Shown here: positions 22,827 to 33,480 of the stretch, piece after piece | How positions within the stretch are numbered: the first letter of the stretch is position 1 | How the letters are laid out: each line of letters begins with the position of its first letter | Assembly (NCBI RefSeq): GCF_026930045.1 | Contig: NC_072740.1 | Coordinates: 29,364,384-29,428,383 of the forward strand | DNA from: Uloborus diversus | Lineage: Eukaryota | Direction: 5' to 3' | DNA length: 64,000 nucleotides | Made by a program: the position numbers and the translations under genes | The notes under the pieces: model-generated | Told to the model about the DNA's origin: nothing | What the model saw: the letters and a program-made list of their open reading frames with translations, nothing else | The model's database searches: none

Positions 22827-23063
22827 TAGATGTGTGCACGAGAAAACGTCAGAACACTGAAAAATAAAATTAAAATCTGTGGGAGTTTAAAAATGGTGTT
22901 GTAATGCACAAATGTTTTTGGCTCTGTAGTTTTCTGGTAGTTTAGCAAAATAAATGTCCTTTTTATGAAGAAAAGGTGAACTTCTTGGATTCCAGCACCA
23001 CGCATTATTTAATGCAGTCCTGATAAAATAACTCATTGTTAGAATTTGAGTTTGTATTCAACA
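22789..23063 (+). repeat. BEL/Pao 3' LTR (275 bp)
   Basis: Identical by eye to the 5' LTR; preceded by the PPT AAAGGGGGGAGG. Confidence 0.9.
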
Positions 23064-23111
23064 ATAAGCTTAGTGGAATGGGAGTTTGATCAGAATTGGT
23101 TTTCAATTTAT

Positions 23112-23324
23112 TTAGTCAGCTTTGACATTGTCTAGTGGTTGCATGGTATGACTCGCATTAGGCGGTAGGCAAATGATAATTTCATTATCGATAACATGCT
23201 TTACAGTTTCATAGGTCAGCTGGCTTGCCTGTCTTTTCAGATGCCTTGCGAAAAGTTTGAACCATTCTTTAAAGAATGGTGTCTTCCATCCAACCAGATT
23301 TAGTGCAACCATAAGCAACTCCAT
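23112..23324 (-). pseudogene. pogo/Tigger-type (DDE_1) transposase fragment, ancient DNA-transposon remnant
   Basis: Minus-strand reading VGWKTPFFKEWFKLFARHLKRQ...VKHVIDNEIIICLPPNASHTMQPLDNV matches the AWMT..LF.EWL...(LL)DN...v.FLPPNtTS.LQPLDqgv block of pogo-like transposases. It is truncated by a stop and flanked by the two LTR-retrotransposon insertions. Confidence 0.5.
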
Positions 23325-23435
23325 AACATAAGGATTTCAGAATATGAAACTTTTGATAAAATGAACAACTTACTTCAAAGAATAACTTTTAATGAGAAAA
23401 AATGTTTATTCGGCAGCTTATGTCATTAAGCCTGG

Positions 23436-24484
23436 TTGTTGGGCTAAATGCCTTTATTTTTGGTTCTTGAAGGATTTCACCAATATTGTTTAAAAGAAAA
23501 ATCATTTTGTGACTTACCTTTTGCCATTCCGAGAGAAAACTTTGCGCGAAGAATCCCATCCACCTGCCGCCAACACTCAAATGTCCGAGTTTGAATCGGA
23601 AGTGTTTGGAAAACATGCGGCATGCTATGATTGGTTGTTGTCATTCGGCAGATGTCGGTAAACTTCCGAAAGAGCACGTGTCAATGACGTGATGAAATCA
23701 TGTTGAGGTGTTAAGTGCTGAATGCCAAATTAAATAAGAATTGTGTAACCGGCAAGCTGTGTTTTCTCCGGGTTGTGTTGTTTTGGCAATATGCAAATTA
23801 GGTAACGTCACATTGTTTCTGGAAAGGCCGAATCTGGCTATAAATACGCAGACCGGCAGGAGCTCGATCGCTTCGCTTCGTTTTTTTACTTCTACTCGTC
23901 TCCTCGTCTTGTGTTGTCTGTGTCCCGTGAACGTGTTCGTCAAATGTCATCCTAAATTTTTTTGCTATTGGCCTCTTGGTGAGGTCTGGTTTTTCCTGGA
24001 AAAGCACTGATGATGTTTTGAGTTTGGAACCCGCGTGTTGTGATGACGTCTATAAAAGCAAAGAGTTCTAAGTTTCCCTGATGTGGGTCTTTTGTTCTCC
24101 TGCGGAAGAAGATCGCGTCCATCCCTGGTATACCTTTCCCTGATGTGGTGAACTGTTGCTCACGCGGTGTGAATCGACCTGCCTGCAATTCGTGGAAATT
24201 GCCATGCTGTCCAACGACCGGTGAGGCGTCACCTTGGATCACCAACAGGACTTTTAATCCATGCATGGACTCATTGTAAGATCTCTTTTTCTAATTTTTC
24301 CCGGGGAACAAATCATTGTGTTGTAACCAATTTTCAATATGTGTCAAATAAATGTTTTTCAGTGTAAAGAATGATTCATGTTTTATTTTCTTCGGGCAGA
24401 CCACTACCTCAAATTTTTAGTTGGAAATGAGTTGCCTAATTTTCAGCTTAGCTGTAGGCCATAAACCTCAAATTATATCCAACA
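23436..24484 (+). repeat. copia 5' LTR (1049 bp)
   Basis: Matches the 3' LTR except for a few SNPs (e.g. t/c at 23750 vs 29068; g/a in gaggtctGgttttt vs gaggtctAgttttt; gatc vs gaac near 24240 vs 29557). Contains a TATA box and AATAAA. Confidence 0.9.
23839..23846 (+). promoter_or_regulatory. TATA box (TATAAATA) in LTR U3; same motif in the 3' LTR near 29156
   Basis: Sequence context ggctataaatacgcagaccggcagg. Confidence 0.5.
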
Positions 24485-24486
24485 GG

Positions 24487-24497
24487 TGGTAGCAGAG
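24487..24497 (+). promoter_or_regulatory. Primer-binding site TGGTAGCAGAG, complementary to the 3' end of initiator tRNA-Met
   Basis: Lies 2 nt after the 5' LTR. Eukaryotic tRNAi-Met ends ...CCUCUGCUACCA, whose reverse complement is TGGTAGCAGAGG. Confidence 0.75.
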
Positions 24498-24524
24498 TCG
24501 TGTGGTTGATCTGCCCGGAGAAAA

Positions 24525-26333
24525 TTGAATCATTTCTTTATTATGGAGAAAGATTATAGAAACGTTGAGAAGTTGGGCTCCCATAATTGGGCTACCTGGT
24601 CCAAAGATATAAAAATGGTGCTCATAGAAAGGGATTTATGGGAGATTACCCAAAAGAAACCAGAAGGGGAGTTAACTAGTGCTGACAGAAAAAGATGTGG
24701 CCAAGCTTTAGCCATCATCTATTTAAACTTGGAAAAAGATACAAAAAGGTTAATTGATAATTTGGAAGATCCTAATGAAGCCTGGAAAGCCCTTAAGGCA
24801 AATTTTGAACCCCCATCTTTGGCCAGAGTAGCCGCATTGTGGGAATCCTACTTCTCTTGCAAAATGCAAGAAGGTGAAACGGTGGGATTATTCGCTGCAA
24901 GGTTGGGGGGAATTTTTAACCAACTAGTCGAAAATGGATATATTATGGAAGAAAAACTCAGAACTTTTCAATTGATACGGTATCTACCTCCTAGTTTCAG
25001 CAGCATTGTTCAAGCCATCTACAGATGGGAAGGAGAGAAATTTACTTTCTCGAAAGTAAAAGATGAACTACTAGCTGAGGAAGGTAGGATTAGGTATTTG
25101 GCCGAAGAGCCTAATATAGAAAATTCGGCAATGTTTTCAAAACCCGGAAACTCCGGAATGGCAAATGGTAGGGGTAAATTTCTTGCTAAAAATAAAGTTT
25201 GTTACATTTGCAAAAAGAAAGGGCATATTGCGTCGAAGTGTTGGAGCCGTAATAAAGTAAAACAGGATAGGAATTTTAAATTTCAAGCCAAAGAAGACCC
25301 TCGGGCAGGAATGTTTTGTTCAGTAAATGAAAACGAAATTTCTGCAAACACTACCTACCCAAAATGTGAGGATACATGGCTATTGGATAGCGGCAGTACA
25401 TCTCATTTTTGTAGAGATAAATCGTTATTTGCCGAGCTAGAGCCTGTACAAAACACACAAATGGAGGTAGCTGTAGGAAATGTGAAGAGCCAGGTAGAGG
25501 GCATTGGGAAAGTGATTTTTAAAATTGAATCAGATGGAAAATTAGTTACCATCACATTGAATAACGTTTTCTATGCTCCAACACTGCGACGCAACCTAAT
25601 TTCTGGTTCTTGTATAGATAGACAGGGCTATAAGCTCAAATGGTTGCCCGGAAAGATCTGTGTCTTTAATCAAGAAAATGTTAAATTATTTACAGCAAAT
25701 TTAATAAATAAACTTTATCATGTTAAACCAAATTTTTATATTGATTGTGAACATGTTAATTATACCAAATTTTTTAAGACCAAGGACCCGTCTGAAGGGG
25801 CCAATATGGTCAGTATTGATATGGAAAAATGGCATAGGAGATTTTGCCATATAAATATGGAAAGTATCACCAAAACGAGTAAACTTGGTGCAGTCCAAGG
25901 ACTGGAGATTAAGAAGGGGCAAAAACCCAATTGTGACCCTTGTCAATTAGGGAAAATGAGGAAGTGCTCGTTTAAATCTATGCCAGAAAGGCGTACTAAT
26001 TCTGCACTTCAATTGCTCTACATGGACCTGATGGGACCCCTTCAGACCGAGTCCTTGGGGGGAAAGAAATATATTTTTATAATTATAGATGATTTCTCAA
26101 GAAAGTCATATGTTTTCTTTTTAAGAACAAAAAATGAGGCATTTAATGTTTTTGTAAATTTTCAAAAAAGGACTGAAAGATTCCTGAATTCAAAAATTTT
26201 GGCTATCCGTTCCGATAATGGAACAGAATTTGTTAACAAAGATTTTGAAAACTATCTCACCAATCAGGGAATAAAAATAGAGCGGACCAATTCCTACACC
26301 CCGCAAATGAACGGGGGTAGTAGAAAGGTATAA
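24525..26333 (+). CDS. copia Gag-protease-integrase (N-terminal part), ended by a frameshift
   Basis: 602-aa ORF. Gag: WATWSKDIKMVLIERDLWEI. CCHC: CYICKKKGHIASKC (~25200). Protease: LLDSGSTSHF (~25386). Integrase zinc finger: HRRFCH...CDPCQLGK. Integrase catalytic Ds: LLYMDLMGP and IRSDNGTEFV, then YTPQMNG. The frame is broken at 26313-26317 (GGGGG); the +1 frame continues NGVVERYNLTIMNGVRSML, which is the conserved NG.AER.NRT motif. Confidence 0.9.
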   Translation: MNHFFIMEKDYRNVEKLGSHNWATWSKDIKMVLIERDLWEITQKKPEGELTSADRKRCGQALAIIYLNLEKDTKRLIDNLEDPNEAWKALKANFEPPSLARVAALWESYFSCKMQEGETVGLFAARLGGIFNQLVENGYIMEEKLRTFQLIRYLPPSFSSIVQAIYRWEGEKFTFSKVKDELLAEEGRIRYLAEEPNIENSAMFSKPGNSGMANGRGKFLAKNKVCYICKKKGHIASKCWSRNKVKQDRNFKFQAKEDPRAGMFCSVNENEISANTTYPKCEDTWLLDSGSTSHFCRDKSLFAELEPVQNTQMEVAVGNVKSQVEGIGKVIFKIESDGKLVTITLNNVFYAPTLRRNLISGSCIDRQGYKLKWLPGKICVFNQENVKLFTANLINKLYHVKPNFYIDCEHVNYTKFFKTKDPSEGANMVSIDMEKWHRRFCHINMESITKTSKLGAVQGLEIKKGQKPNCDPCQLGKMRKCSFKSMPERRTNSALQLLYMDLMGPLQTESLGGKKYIFIIIDDFSRKSYVFFLRTKNEAFNVFVNFQKRTERFLNSKILAIRSDNGTEFVNKDFENYLTNQGIKIERTNSYTPQMNGGSRKV

Positions 26334-26343
26334 TTTAACCATA

Positions 26344-28620
26344 ATGAATGGTGTGAGGTCTATGCTCAAGGATTCTGGATTGGGGGATGAGTTTTGGGCT
26401 GAAGCCGCTCTTTGTTTCAACTATGTAAGGAATCGGACGGTAATAGGAAATATGGACAAGACCCCATTCGAGCTGTTTTCTGGACGTAAACCTTCAGTGA
26501 GGCACCTACGTATTTTTGGGTGTACTGCCTATGTAGGTCAGCCTAGGTCCAAACTAAAAAAGTTAGATATGAGGGCTACCAAGGGGATCATGGTCGGATA
26601 CGCCTTACGTACCAAAGGGTACAGAATCTGGGATCCTGAAACCAGAACAGTCACAGAAACTATTAACGTAAAGTTTAATGAAAATGAAAGATGGGGGGAA
26701 TTAAAAGTCCAAAATAAAAATGAGAGAAAATTTAACTTTATCAGGCCTATAAGTGAAGTTCAACTTGAACAGGAAATCCAGGAGAGTGTTGAGCAAACTC
26801 CCTGTGAAAAAATTAAATGGGTTAGAGAAGCCAAAAAGAGAAAGACCGGGGATAGGACTGATATTTATTATACAATTGCTGGTAAAAATAAAGTAAGATT
26901 AAATTCATTAAAACAGGTTCTAAAATATTGTAGTGAAAATAAAATAGAGTATAAACCAAAACTTTTTGACTTTTCATCTAAAAATCCAACAGTAGGGGAA
27001 ATCTGTGACGACAGTGAAAGTTCGGGAGAAAGTGAAGAAGCAAGTTTGGTAGAAATTTTTATACCGAACTCGTATAGGCAATGTATGGCTACCCCCGAGG
27101 TGGACAACTGGAAACTGGCCATGGAGTCTGAATTGGATGTCATTAACCAAAGAGAGGTGTGGGACCTTGTACCCCCACCAGAGGGGAAACCAATTTTGGG
27201 AAACAGGTGGGTCTACGACCTCAAGGTAAATGACAGGGGTGAAGTTGTAAGATACAAGGCCAGATTAGTTGTTAGGGGGGACCGTCAGTCAATTGAGTCA
27301 TATTCTGAAGTTTTCAGTCCAGTAATTGAGTTTTCACTTGTAAGAGTTTTCTTTTCTATTTTTATATGTCTTTTAAAATGGTGTCACTCACAAATTGATG
27401 TAAAAAATGCTTACCTGTATGCTGATTTAGAGGAACAAATCTACATGAGACAACCAGAGGGTTTTGTCAGTAAAAGCCACCCTAATTTTGTCTGTAAATT
27501 GAAGAAGTCTCTCTATGGACTACACCAGTCCGGAAGAAACTGGTTCTTAGAAATAGACAGTGTTCTTCGTGGTTTTGGTTTTCAAAAATTAAAAGGATGT
27601 AATTGTGTATACCATAGAGACAAAAATACTTTTCTTCTTATTTATGTAGATGATATAATAATTCTAGCAAAAAATGAAAATTTAATTAAAAAGGTAATCA
27701 ATGAAATTAAAAGTATGTATGATATTAAAGAAATGGGGAAAACCAGAAAGCTCCTGGGGATTGAATTTGTGGAAGATAAAAATAATCTTTTCATTCACCA
27801 AAGCTCTTATATTTCGAAGGTCTTGGAGTTATTCTCTGACTACTATGTGCCAAATTCAACCCTCCCAATCTCAAAGGGTACAGTTTTGTCGAAGGACGAC
27901 TGCCCGAAAACTGAGGAAGAAAAAAGGGAAGCAGAAAAGCTCCCATACAGAAATTTGTTGGGTTGTATGGCATACATAGCGGGGAAGACCCGACCTGACA
28001 TTTCGTATGCGGTGAATATTTTTTCCCAATTTCAAGCAAATCCCGGAAGAAAGCATTGGGATTTTCTATTAAGATTGCTAGGGTATTTAAAGCATACAAT
28101 ATCATACAAACTAAATTTAAGTTCAATCAATAGTGTAAATCTACGGGGATTTTCAGACTCCGATTACGCCGCTAATCGGGAGGATAGGGTCTCAATGGGA
28201 GGATCAATTTTGTGTATTGATCGGGTCCCGATTAATTGGAGGACATTTAAACATAAATGTGTTGCGTTATCCACAATGGAAGCAGAATATATTTCACTTG
28301 GTGAAACTGCAAAAGAAATGGTCTGGCTGAAGAGGATAATCACAGAAATAAGTGAATTAGATATTGAAAACCTCCAGCTTAGAGATACAATTATTTATTG
28401 TGATAACACTGCAACAATTGATTTTTCTAAGTCTCCCATTGAGAATTCCCGTACAAAACACATTGATGTAAGGTACCATTTTTTAAGAAATTTAATTGAG
28501 CAAAAGATTTTTTTGATTAAATATGTGAGGACAAATATAAACATCGCGGATATTTTCACTAAACCCCTATCTAAGAATTGTTTAAATAAACTTTGTAAAA
28601 TTATATTTAATTGGGATTAA
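26344..28620 (+). CDS. copia integrase C-terminal part, reverse transcriptase and RNase H
   Basis: 758-aa ORF. IN: TPFELFSGRKPSVRHLRIFGC. RT: WDLVPPPEGKPILGNRWVYDLK, YKARLVVRGDRQ, DVKNAYLYADLEEQIYMRQPEGF, KLKKSLYGLHQSGRNW and YVDDIIILAKN (~27643). RNase H: GFSDSDYAANREDR, STMEAEYISLGETAKE and IYCDNTATIDFSKSPIENSRTKHIDVRYHFLR. Confidence 0.9.
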   Translation: MNGVRSMLKDSGLGDEFWAEAALCFNYVRNRTVIGNMDKTPFELFSGRKPSVRHLRIFGCTAYVGQPRSKLKKLDMRATKGIMVGYALRTKGYRIWDPETRTVTETINVKFNENERWGELKVQNKNERKFNFIRPISEVQLEQEIQESVEQTPCEKIKWVREAKKRKTGDRTDIYYTIAGKNKVRLNSLKQVLKYCSENKIEYKPKLFDFSSKNPTVGEICDDSESSGESEEASLVEIFIPNSYRQCMATPEVDNWKLAMESELDVINQREVWDLVPPPEGKPILGNRWVYDLKVNDRGEVVRYKARLVVRGDRQSIESYSEVFSPVIEFSLVRVFFSIFICLLKWCHSQIDVKNAYLYADLEEQIYMRQPEGFVSKSHPNFVCKLKKSLYGLHQSGRNWFLEIDSVLRGFGFQKLKGCNCVYHRDKNTFLLIYVDDIIILAKNENLIKKVINEIKSMYDIKEMGKTRKLLGIEFVEDKNNLFIHQSSYISKVLELFSDYYVPNSTLPISKGTVLSKDDCPKTEEEKREAEKLPYRNLLGCMAYIAGKTRPDISYAVNIFSQFQANPGRKHWDFLLRLLGYLKHTISYKLNLSSINSVNLRGFSDSDYAANREDRVSMGGSILCIDRVPINWRTFKHKCVALSTMEAEYISLGETAKEMVWLKRIITEISELDIENLQLRDTIIYCDNTATIDFSKSPIENSRTKHIDVRYHFLRNLIEQKIFLIKYVRTNINIADIFTKPLSKNCLNKLCKIIFNWD

Positions 28621-28740
28621 ATGAGGGGGGCGTATCAAATTTTTGAACTGTTTTTCAAATGTATCTTTTGTAAATATAATATGAATGTAGTTAAATGTTT
28701 TTAATGTATATAATGTGTTTTTTTTGATGAAATTCCTTCA

Positions 28741-28752
28741 AGAGGGGGGAAC
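28741..28752 (+). promoter_or_regulatory. Polypurine tract AGAGGGGGGAAC
   Basis: Immediately upstream of the 3' LTR. Confidence 0.7.
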
Positions 28753-28753
28753 T

Positions 28754-29801
28754 TGTTGGGCTAAATGCCTTTATTTTTGGTTCTTGAAGGATTTCACCAA
28801 TATTGTTTAAAAGAAAAATCATTTTGTGACTTACCTTTTGCCATTCCGAGAGAAAACTTTGCGCGAAGAATCCCATCCACCTGCCGCCAACACTCAAATG
28901 TCCGAGTTTGAATCGGAAGTGTTTGGAAAACATGCGGCATGCTATGATTGGTTGTTGTCATTCGGCAGATGTCGGTAAACTTCCGAAAGAGCACGTGTCA
29001 ATGACGTGATGAAATCATGTTGAGGTGTTAAGTGCTGAATGCCAAATTAAATAAGAATTGTGCAACCGGCAAGCTGTGTTTTCTCCGGGTTGTGTTGTTT
29101 TGGCAATATGCAAATTAGGTAACGTCACATTGTTTCTGGAAAGGCCGAATCTGGCTATAAATACGCAGACCGGCAGGAGCTCGATCGCTTCGCTTCGTTT
29201 TTTTACTTCTACTCGTCTCCTCGTCTTGTGTTGTCTGTGTCCCGTGAACGTGTTCGTCAAATGTCATCCTAAATTTTTTTGCTATTGGCCTCTTGGTGAG
29301 GTCTAGTTTTTCCTGGAAAAGCACTGATGATGTTTTGAGTTTGGAACCCGCGTGTTGTGATGACGTCTATAAAAGCAAAGAGTTCTAAGTTTCCCTGATG
29401 TGGGTCTTTTGTTCTCCTGCGGAAGAAGATCGCGTCCATCCCTGGTATACCTTTCCCTGATGTGGTGAACTGTTGCTCACGCGGTGTGAATCGACCTGCC
29501 TGCAATTCGTGGAAATTGCCATGCTGTCCAACGACCGGTGAGGCGTCACCTTGGAACACCAACAGGACTTTTAATCCATGCATGGACTCATTGTAAGATC
29601 TCTTTTTCTAATTTTTCCCGGGGAACAAATCATTGTGTTGTAACCAATTTTCAATATGTGTCAAATAAATGTTTTTCAGTGTAAAGAATGATTCATGTTT
29701 TATTTTCTTCGGGCAGACCACTACCTCAAATTTTTAGTTGGAAATGAGTTGCCTAATTTTCAGCTTAGCTGTAGGCCATAAACCTCAAATTATATCCAAC
29801 A
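28754..29801 (+). repeat. copia 3' LTR (1048 bp)
   Basis: As above; preceded by the PPT AGAGGGGGGAAC. Confidence 0.9.
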
Positions 29802-29805
29802 CTGG

Positions 29806-30190
29806 TATTATACCCATTCCACCCCACTTAAAAAAATTTAACATATTTATTAAAATCTATGAAATTTTTCTTTTCTGATTTTTTCAGTTGACGAAGGAAT
29901 CTTCCTTTAATGAAAATAACAGCAAAAGAATGCTATCTAAATACAAACAAAATCCTGAAAACAAAGTTACAATGATATCAGTTAGTTTTGATTTTTACAA
30001 TATAACTTACAAAAAGGCTGCCACTAAACTGACAGTTTCCATTCAGTTTTTTCTTGAACCAAAATAAAGTCAAACTATTGTAAATAACATGAGTGTTTTT
30101 ATTTTTTTTAAAAAAATATTTTTTTCTTTTCCGTAACTCAAAAGATAAATAAACTACCCATTTCACCCCACATAACCATTTCACCTCTCC
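29806..30190. mobile_element. Fragmentary MITE-family sequence abutting the copia insertion site
   Basis: ttatacccattccaccccac at 29806 is the reverse complement of the left terminus of the 17745-18000 MITE; a related ctacccatttcaccccac lies near 30158. Confidence 0.3.
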
Positions 30191-31849
30191 TGACGCTATG
30201 CTTTTAAGCATTAATGCATATTTATTTTCCTGAGGATACATCACTCTTATTGATAATCGCTTTTTAATATATTATATTTTGCTGTGCAGTGTTAATTTCA
30301 CAAATTAGCTTCTTTTTTATTTAATTAATTTCCTTTTTTTTAAAACTTATTTACCCTTTTTATTTATTAATTTTCTTTCAGGAAAATATTAGACAAGATC
30401 TCAGGTTTTAATGAAAAAGACATAAAAGATTTTACACTTATGCAAAAAAAGATGTGTCAATAGCTAAACATCATAACTTCAAAAAAAAAAAACCCCAAGC
30501 TTGTATCAGTCAGAATTTAATTTTCTTTTACACTGCAATTTTAATGCAACAATAAGTAAAGAAATTCTGAAAGCCTACCTTCATCTCTTTTTCTAAGCCT
30601 AAGCGGTTAATAAGCTCTTTAGTAACATGCATCTTACGTTGAAACTTAACAGCATAATCATCCTAAAAAAGATAAATTTCAAAAATTATAAGAAAACAAG
30701 ATACAACATAATGCTTCAAAAAATACTAAATATTTTTTGTCGCTAACACAAAATTCACAGGACCATGATTGTTATTTGATGTTAACCAGAATTCCGCTTT
30801 TCTGACAAATTATTAAGAAATTGTTTACTTACAGGATCAAAAGAGCATTTCATGTAAAGCAATAATTTACGTTAAGTGATTTCGCGCAAACGAGGTTTGA
30901 CTGTATTAATGAAATATATCCACACATTCATAAGTTCGATAACATGTGAAGAGAATTTACATGCAAAGAGAGGATCGATTACATGTGTGAATTTCTTACA
31001 TATGCAATAAGCTTCAAATAGTTTCTTCTTTCTCTGACAATAAGTAAGTTTCAGATCTCTTATTAATTCGCTGAATAGGATGGCCGGGTAACCACTGATT
31101 AGCAAAAATTTGCATATAATCCACAAAATAGGTAAAAACTCATGTACGCAATACAGTGGCGGATCTAGAACTCCAGCAGGGGGGAGGGCTAACCTCGGTC
31201 CAACTGGAGAGTCACTGTTTTAGAGGGTCTTTTTTGTCATTTTTGCAGATACTCTGAATCTCGGGGGGGGGGGGGGGGGATCTCTCTTAGGAGGACAGAC
31301 ATCCCTTTTTAAACATGAAATTTTCTCTGTTAGTGGTCCCTCTCCCGAAAAATTTAGGACTTTAAATACAGCTTTTTACTTGAAATAAACTTATCCTGAT
31401 GAGTATAAATAATTTCTCAAACATTGTAAAGGTATGAAAACACTATATGCACCTCAGTTGGATATAAAGCTACAATTTACCACCCCATGACCAGAGCTAA
31501 GACGAAATTACAAGCAAACACACACCCAAAAGGTCAGTTACAGCATCCAGAGATTGCAGCTGCACTCTAGCTTTCTGCTCATGAGTAGCTAAAACCATGA
31601 TCAGGCAAAAACCTCATATAAAGTTGAGTAGATTATCACATTGGTAGATAAAAATACATTCGCATAGCAGGAGGAGTGCAAACATGATATGGCTCCCTAT
31701 TAAAAAAGTGAAAGGTAAAAGCTAGAGTATAAACGTTATACCCCAGCTATTTCTAGAGAAAGGTAGTAAAAAGAAGCGGATGCATGAAGGGGGTCAGGAC
31801 CCTCCCGTAGAATTTGAAAAATTGATGTCAAAAAGACTATTTTCGTAAG

Positions 31850-33480
31850 GTTTTCATGGTAAAGTTAGGTGAGATGGGATTGAAGTTAGTTCCCAAGTAT
31901 TTTTCCTTTCTATAGTCAATTTCAAGCTTTCTTTAGCGATATTAGGGGATCTAATGCTCTTTCCAGAAATTTGCACAAATAAAAGGTTAGAACGCAATTT
32001 TATGCTATCTGTGATAACGTTGAGCTGATGGGGAAGGTCCAGGGCTCTCTCTGAAAGTTTTTCGCTGTAGAACTCAGGGGAAAACAAGATTACAGACTAT
32101 CTTTGGGGACGTTAGGAGAGGAATTCTTTGGTGATTTATCTTCAAATTTTTTCAAAATTAAGAGCTTTTAAGAAGGAGTTTTACGCAATTTCTGCTGAAT
32201 TTACGTTACTAGGCAGCTCTCCTCCGGAAGTTTTTCCACATTGAAAACTCAAGTTTAGGCTATAGTTGGTGATGTTTAGCAAATGAAGAGGGTTCAGAGG
32301 CCCGGTCTAGAAAAGTTTCGTCAGTGAAGTCTGAAAGACGCAATTTTAGTCGATGTTTGTTTAAATTTAGGAAATGGGAAGTTTTGGAGGCACTCTATAA
32401 AAATATTTTAACAACTAAGTCTTCAAGAGGCTGTCCTTGGTGGCCTTGCATTTGGGAAATGGAAAAAGTTCACAGGCTGCCTCTGGATCTCCTAACCTCA
32501 CAAAAGTGATGTCAGGTCTTTTTTCCGGAATTTTTCAAAATTGAGGTCCTATGTGACTTAAGGTTTAAGTTAGGGAAAGATATAGGAAAAAGAGGGTGCC
32601 TTAGGGTGTGTAGAGTCAAGAGGTGCCTTCTCTTGACTCTATTGGCCTCTTTTCCTCCCCCCCCCCCAAAAAAAAAAATCTCTTTAAAAAAGTCTTTAGG
32701 TTGTATGTAAAGAAGAGAGATTCCAAAGAGTTTTCTGAAACGAAATTTAAAGCTATCTGTGCTGATACTAGGGGGAGGTGCTCGGGGGGACCCTCTGGAA
32801 ATTTATCAAAGTTGAAGCTTTAGAAGTGCAATTTTTGGTTGCGTTTAAAGACGTTAAGTATATAGAAAAGAATTTGGGTATCTTTTTCAGCTGAATTTGG
32901 AAATTGAAGTTTCAAAGACAAATTTATTCTATCTTTTATAGTAAGAATATTAGGAAAAGAGTGAGTGTTCAAAGATCTTCTCCAGAACTTTTTCGAAATC
33001 AAAGTCTTTAAAACGCATTTCAGGATCTCTTGGACGAAGCTAGAAGATGCATTGGGGTTTGGTGGCTGTCTTCTGAAATTTTTTTATATTGAAGAACTGA
33101 AAATATAATTTTAATTTAAATTTTGGTGGAATAAGTCGTCTCCAAAGGAAATGTTTCAAGCTTGAAAATTAATCTTTTTTAGTCTTGTTAAGGGAACGGA
33201 GAGTGTTGCCACAAAATTTTGACATTAAAGCTAGAAAAGCAATACTAAGCTTTTTTTTATAGTATTGTTAGTGGAAGGAGATTCAGGAGCTCTTCTCTGT
33301 CCTAAAAACATATTTTAGAGCTCACTTAGGCGACGATAAATATAGATAGGAGAAGTTTCACACCAGAAATAATTTGAAATTGAAATGCAAAAATAAAATT
33401 TCACTCTATGTTTGTCCAAAGGAGGGGTGAAGATTATGTAAATTGGAAAAAAAAGCTAGAACATTTTCTCCAGAAATAAT
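31850..33480 (+). repeat. Satellite-like tandem array (family A), ~110-125-bp diverged units
   Basis: Recurring core ctc(t)cc.c.gaa(a/g)tttttc.aaattgaagtttnaaa.tgcaatttnag...ttagg(a/g)a across at least 12 units. Confidence 0.6.

Larger units (their letters stand above)
18348..23063 (+). mobile_element. BEL/Pao-family LTR retrotransposon, internally deleted (non-autonomous) copy
   Basis: Two identical 275-bp LTRs (TG...CA). 5-bp TSD ATAAG at 18343-18347 and 23064-23068. PBS follows the 5' LTR and a PPT precedes the 3' LTR. Domain order is gag(DUF1759-like)-CCHC-PR-RT-RH-IN (BEL/Pao order), but most of the RT core and the IN zinc-finger plus DDE core are missing. Confidence 0.9.
23436..29801 (+). 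mobile_element. Ty1/copia-family LTR retrotransposon, essentially full length
   Basis: LTRs 23436-24484 and 28754-29801 (TG...CA, ~3 mismatches and 1 indel). TSD CTGGT at 23431-23435 and 29802-29806. tRNA-iMet PBS and a PPT are present. Domain order gag-PR-IN-RT-RH is that of copia. Confidence 0.92.

Noticed and set aside
26313-26343. Possible programmed ribosomal frameshift between copia ORF1 and ORF2
   Set aside because: The break lies inside the integrase catalytic domain, between the second D and the conserved NG-AER motif, not at a gag/pol boundary. It is a simple 1-nt homopolymer length change, so it is a mutation or sequencing error.
31850-33480. CRISPR-like array
   Set aside because: The repeats are ~120-bp diverged satellite monomers with no unique spacers, and the sequence is eukaryotic with LTR retrotransposons. 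No CRISPR or cas features are present.
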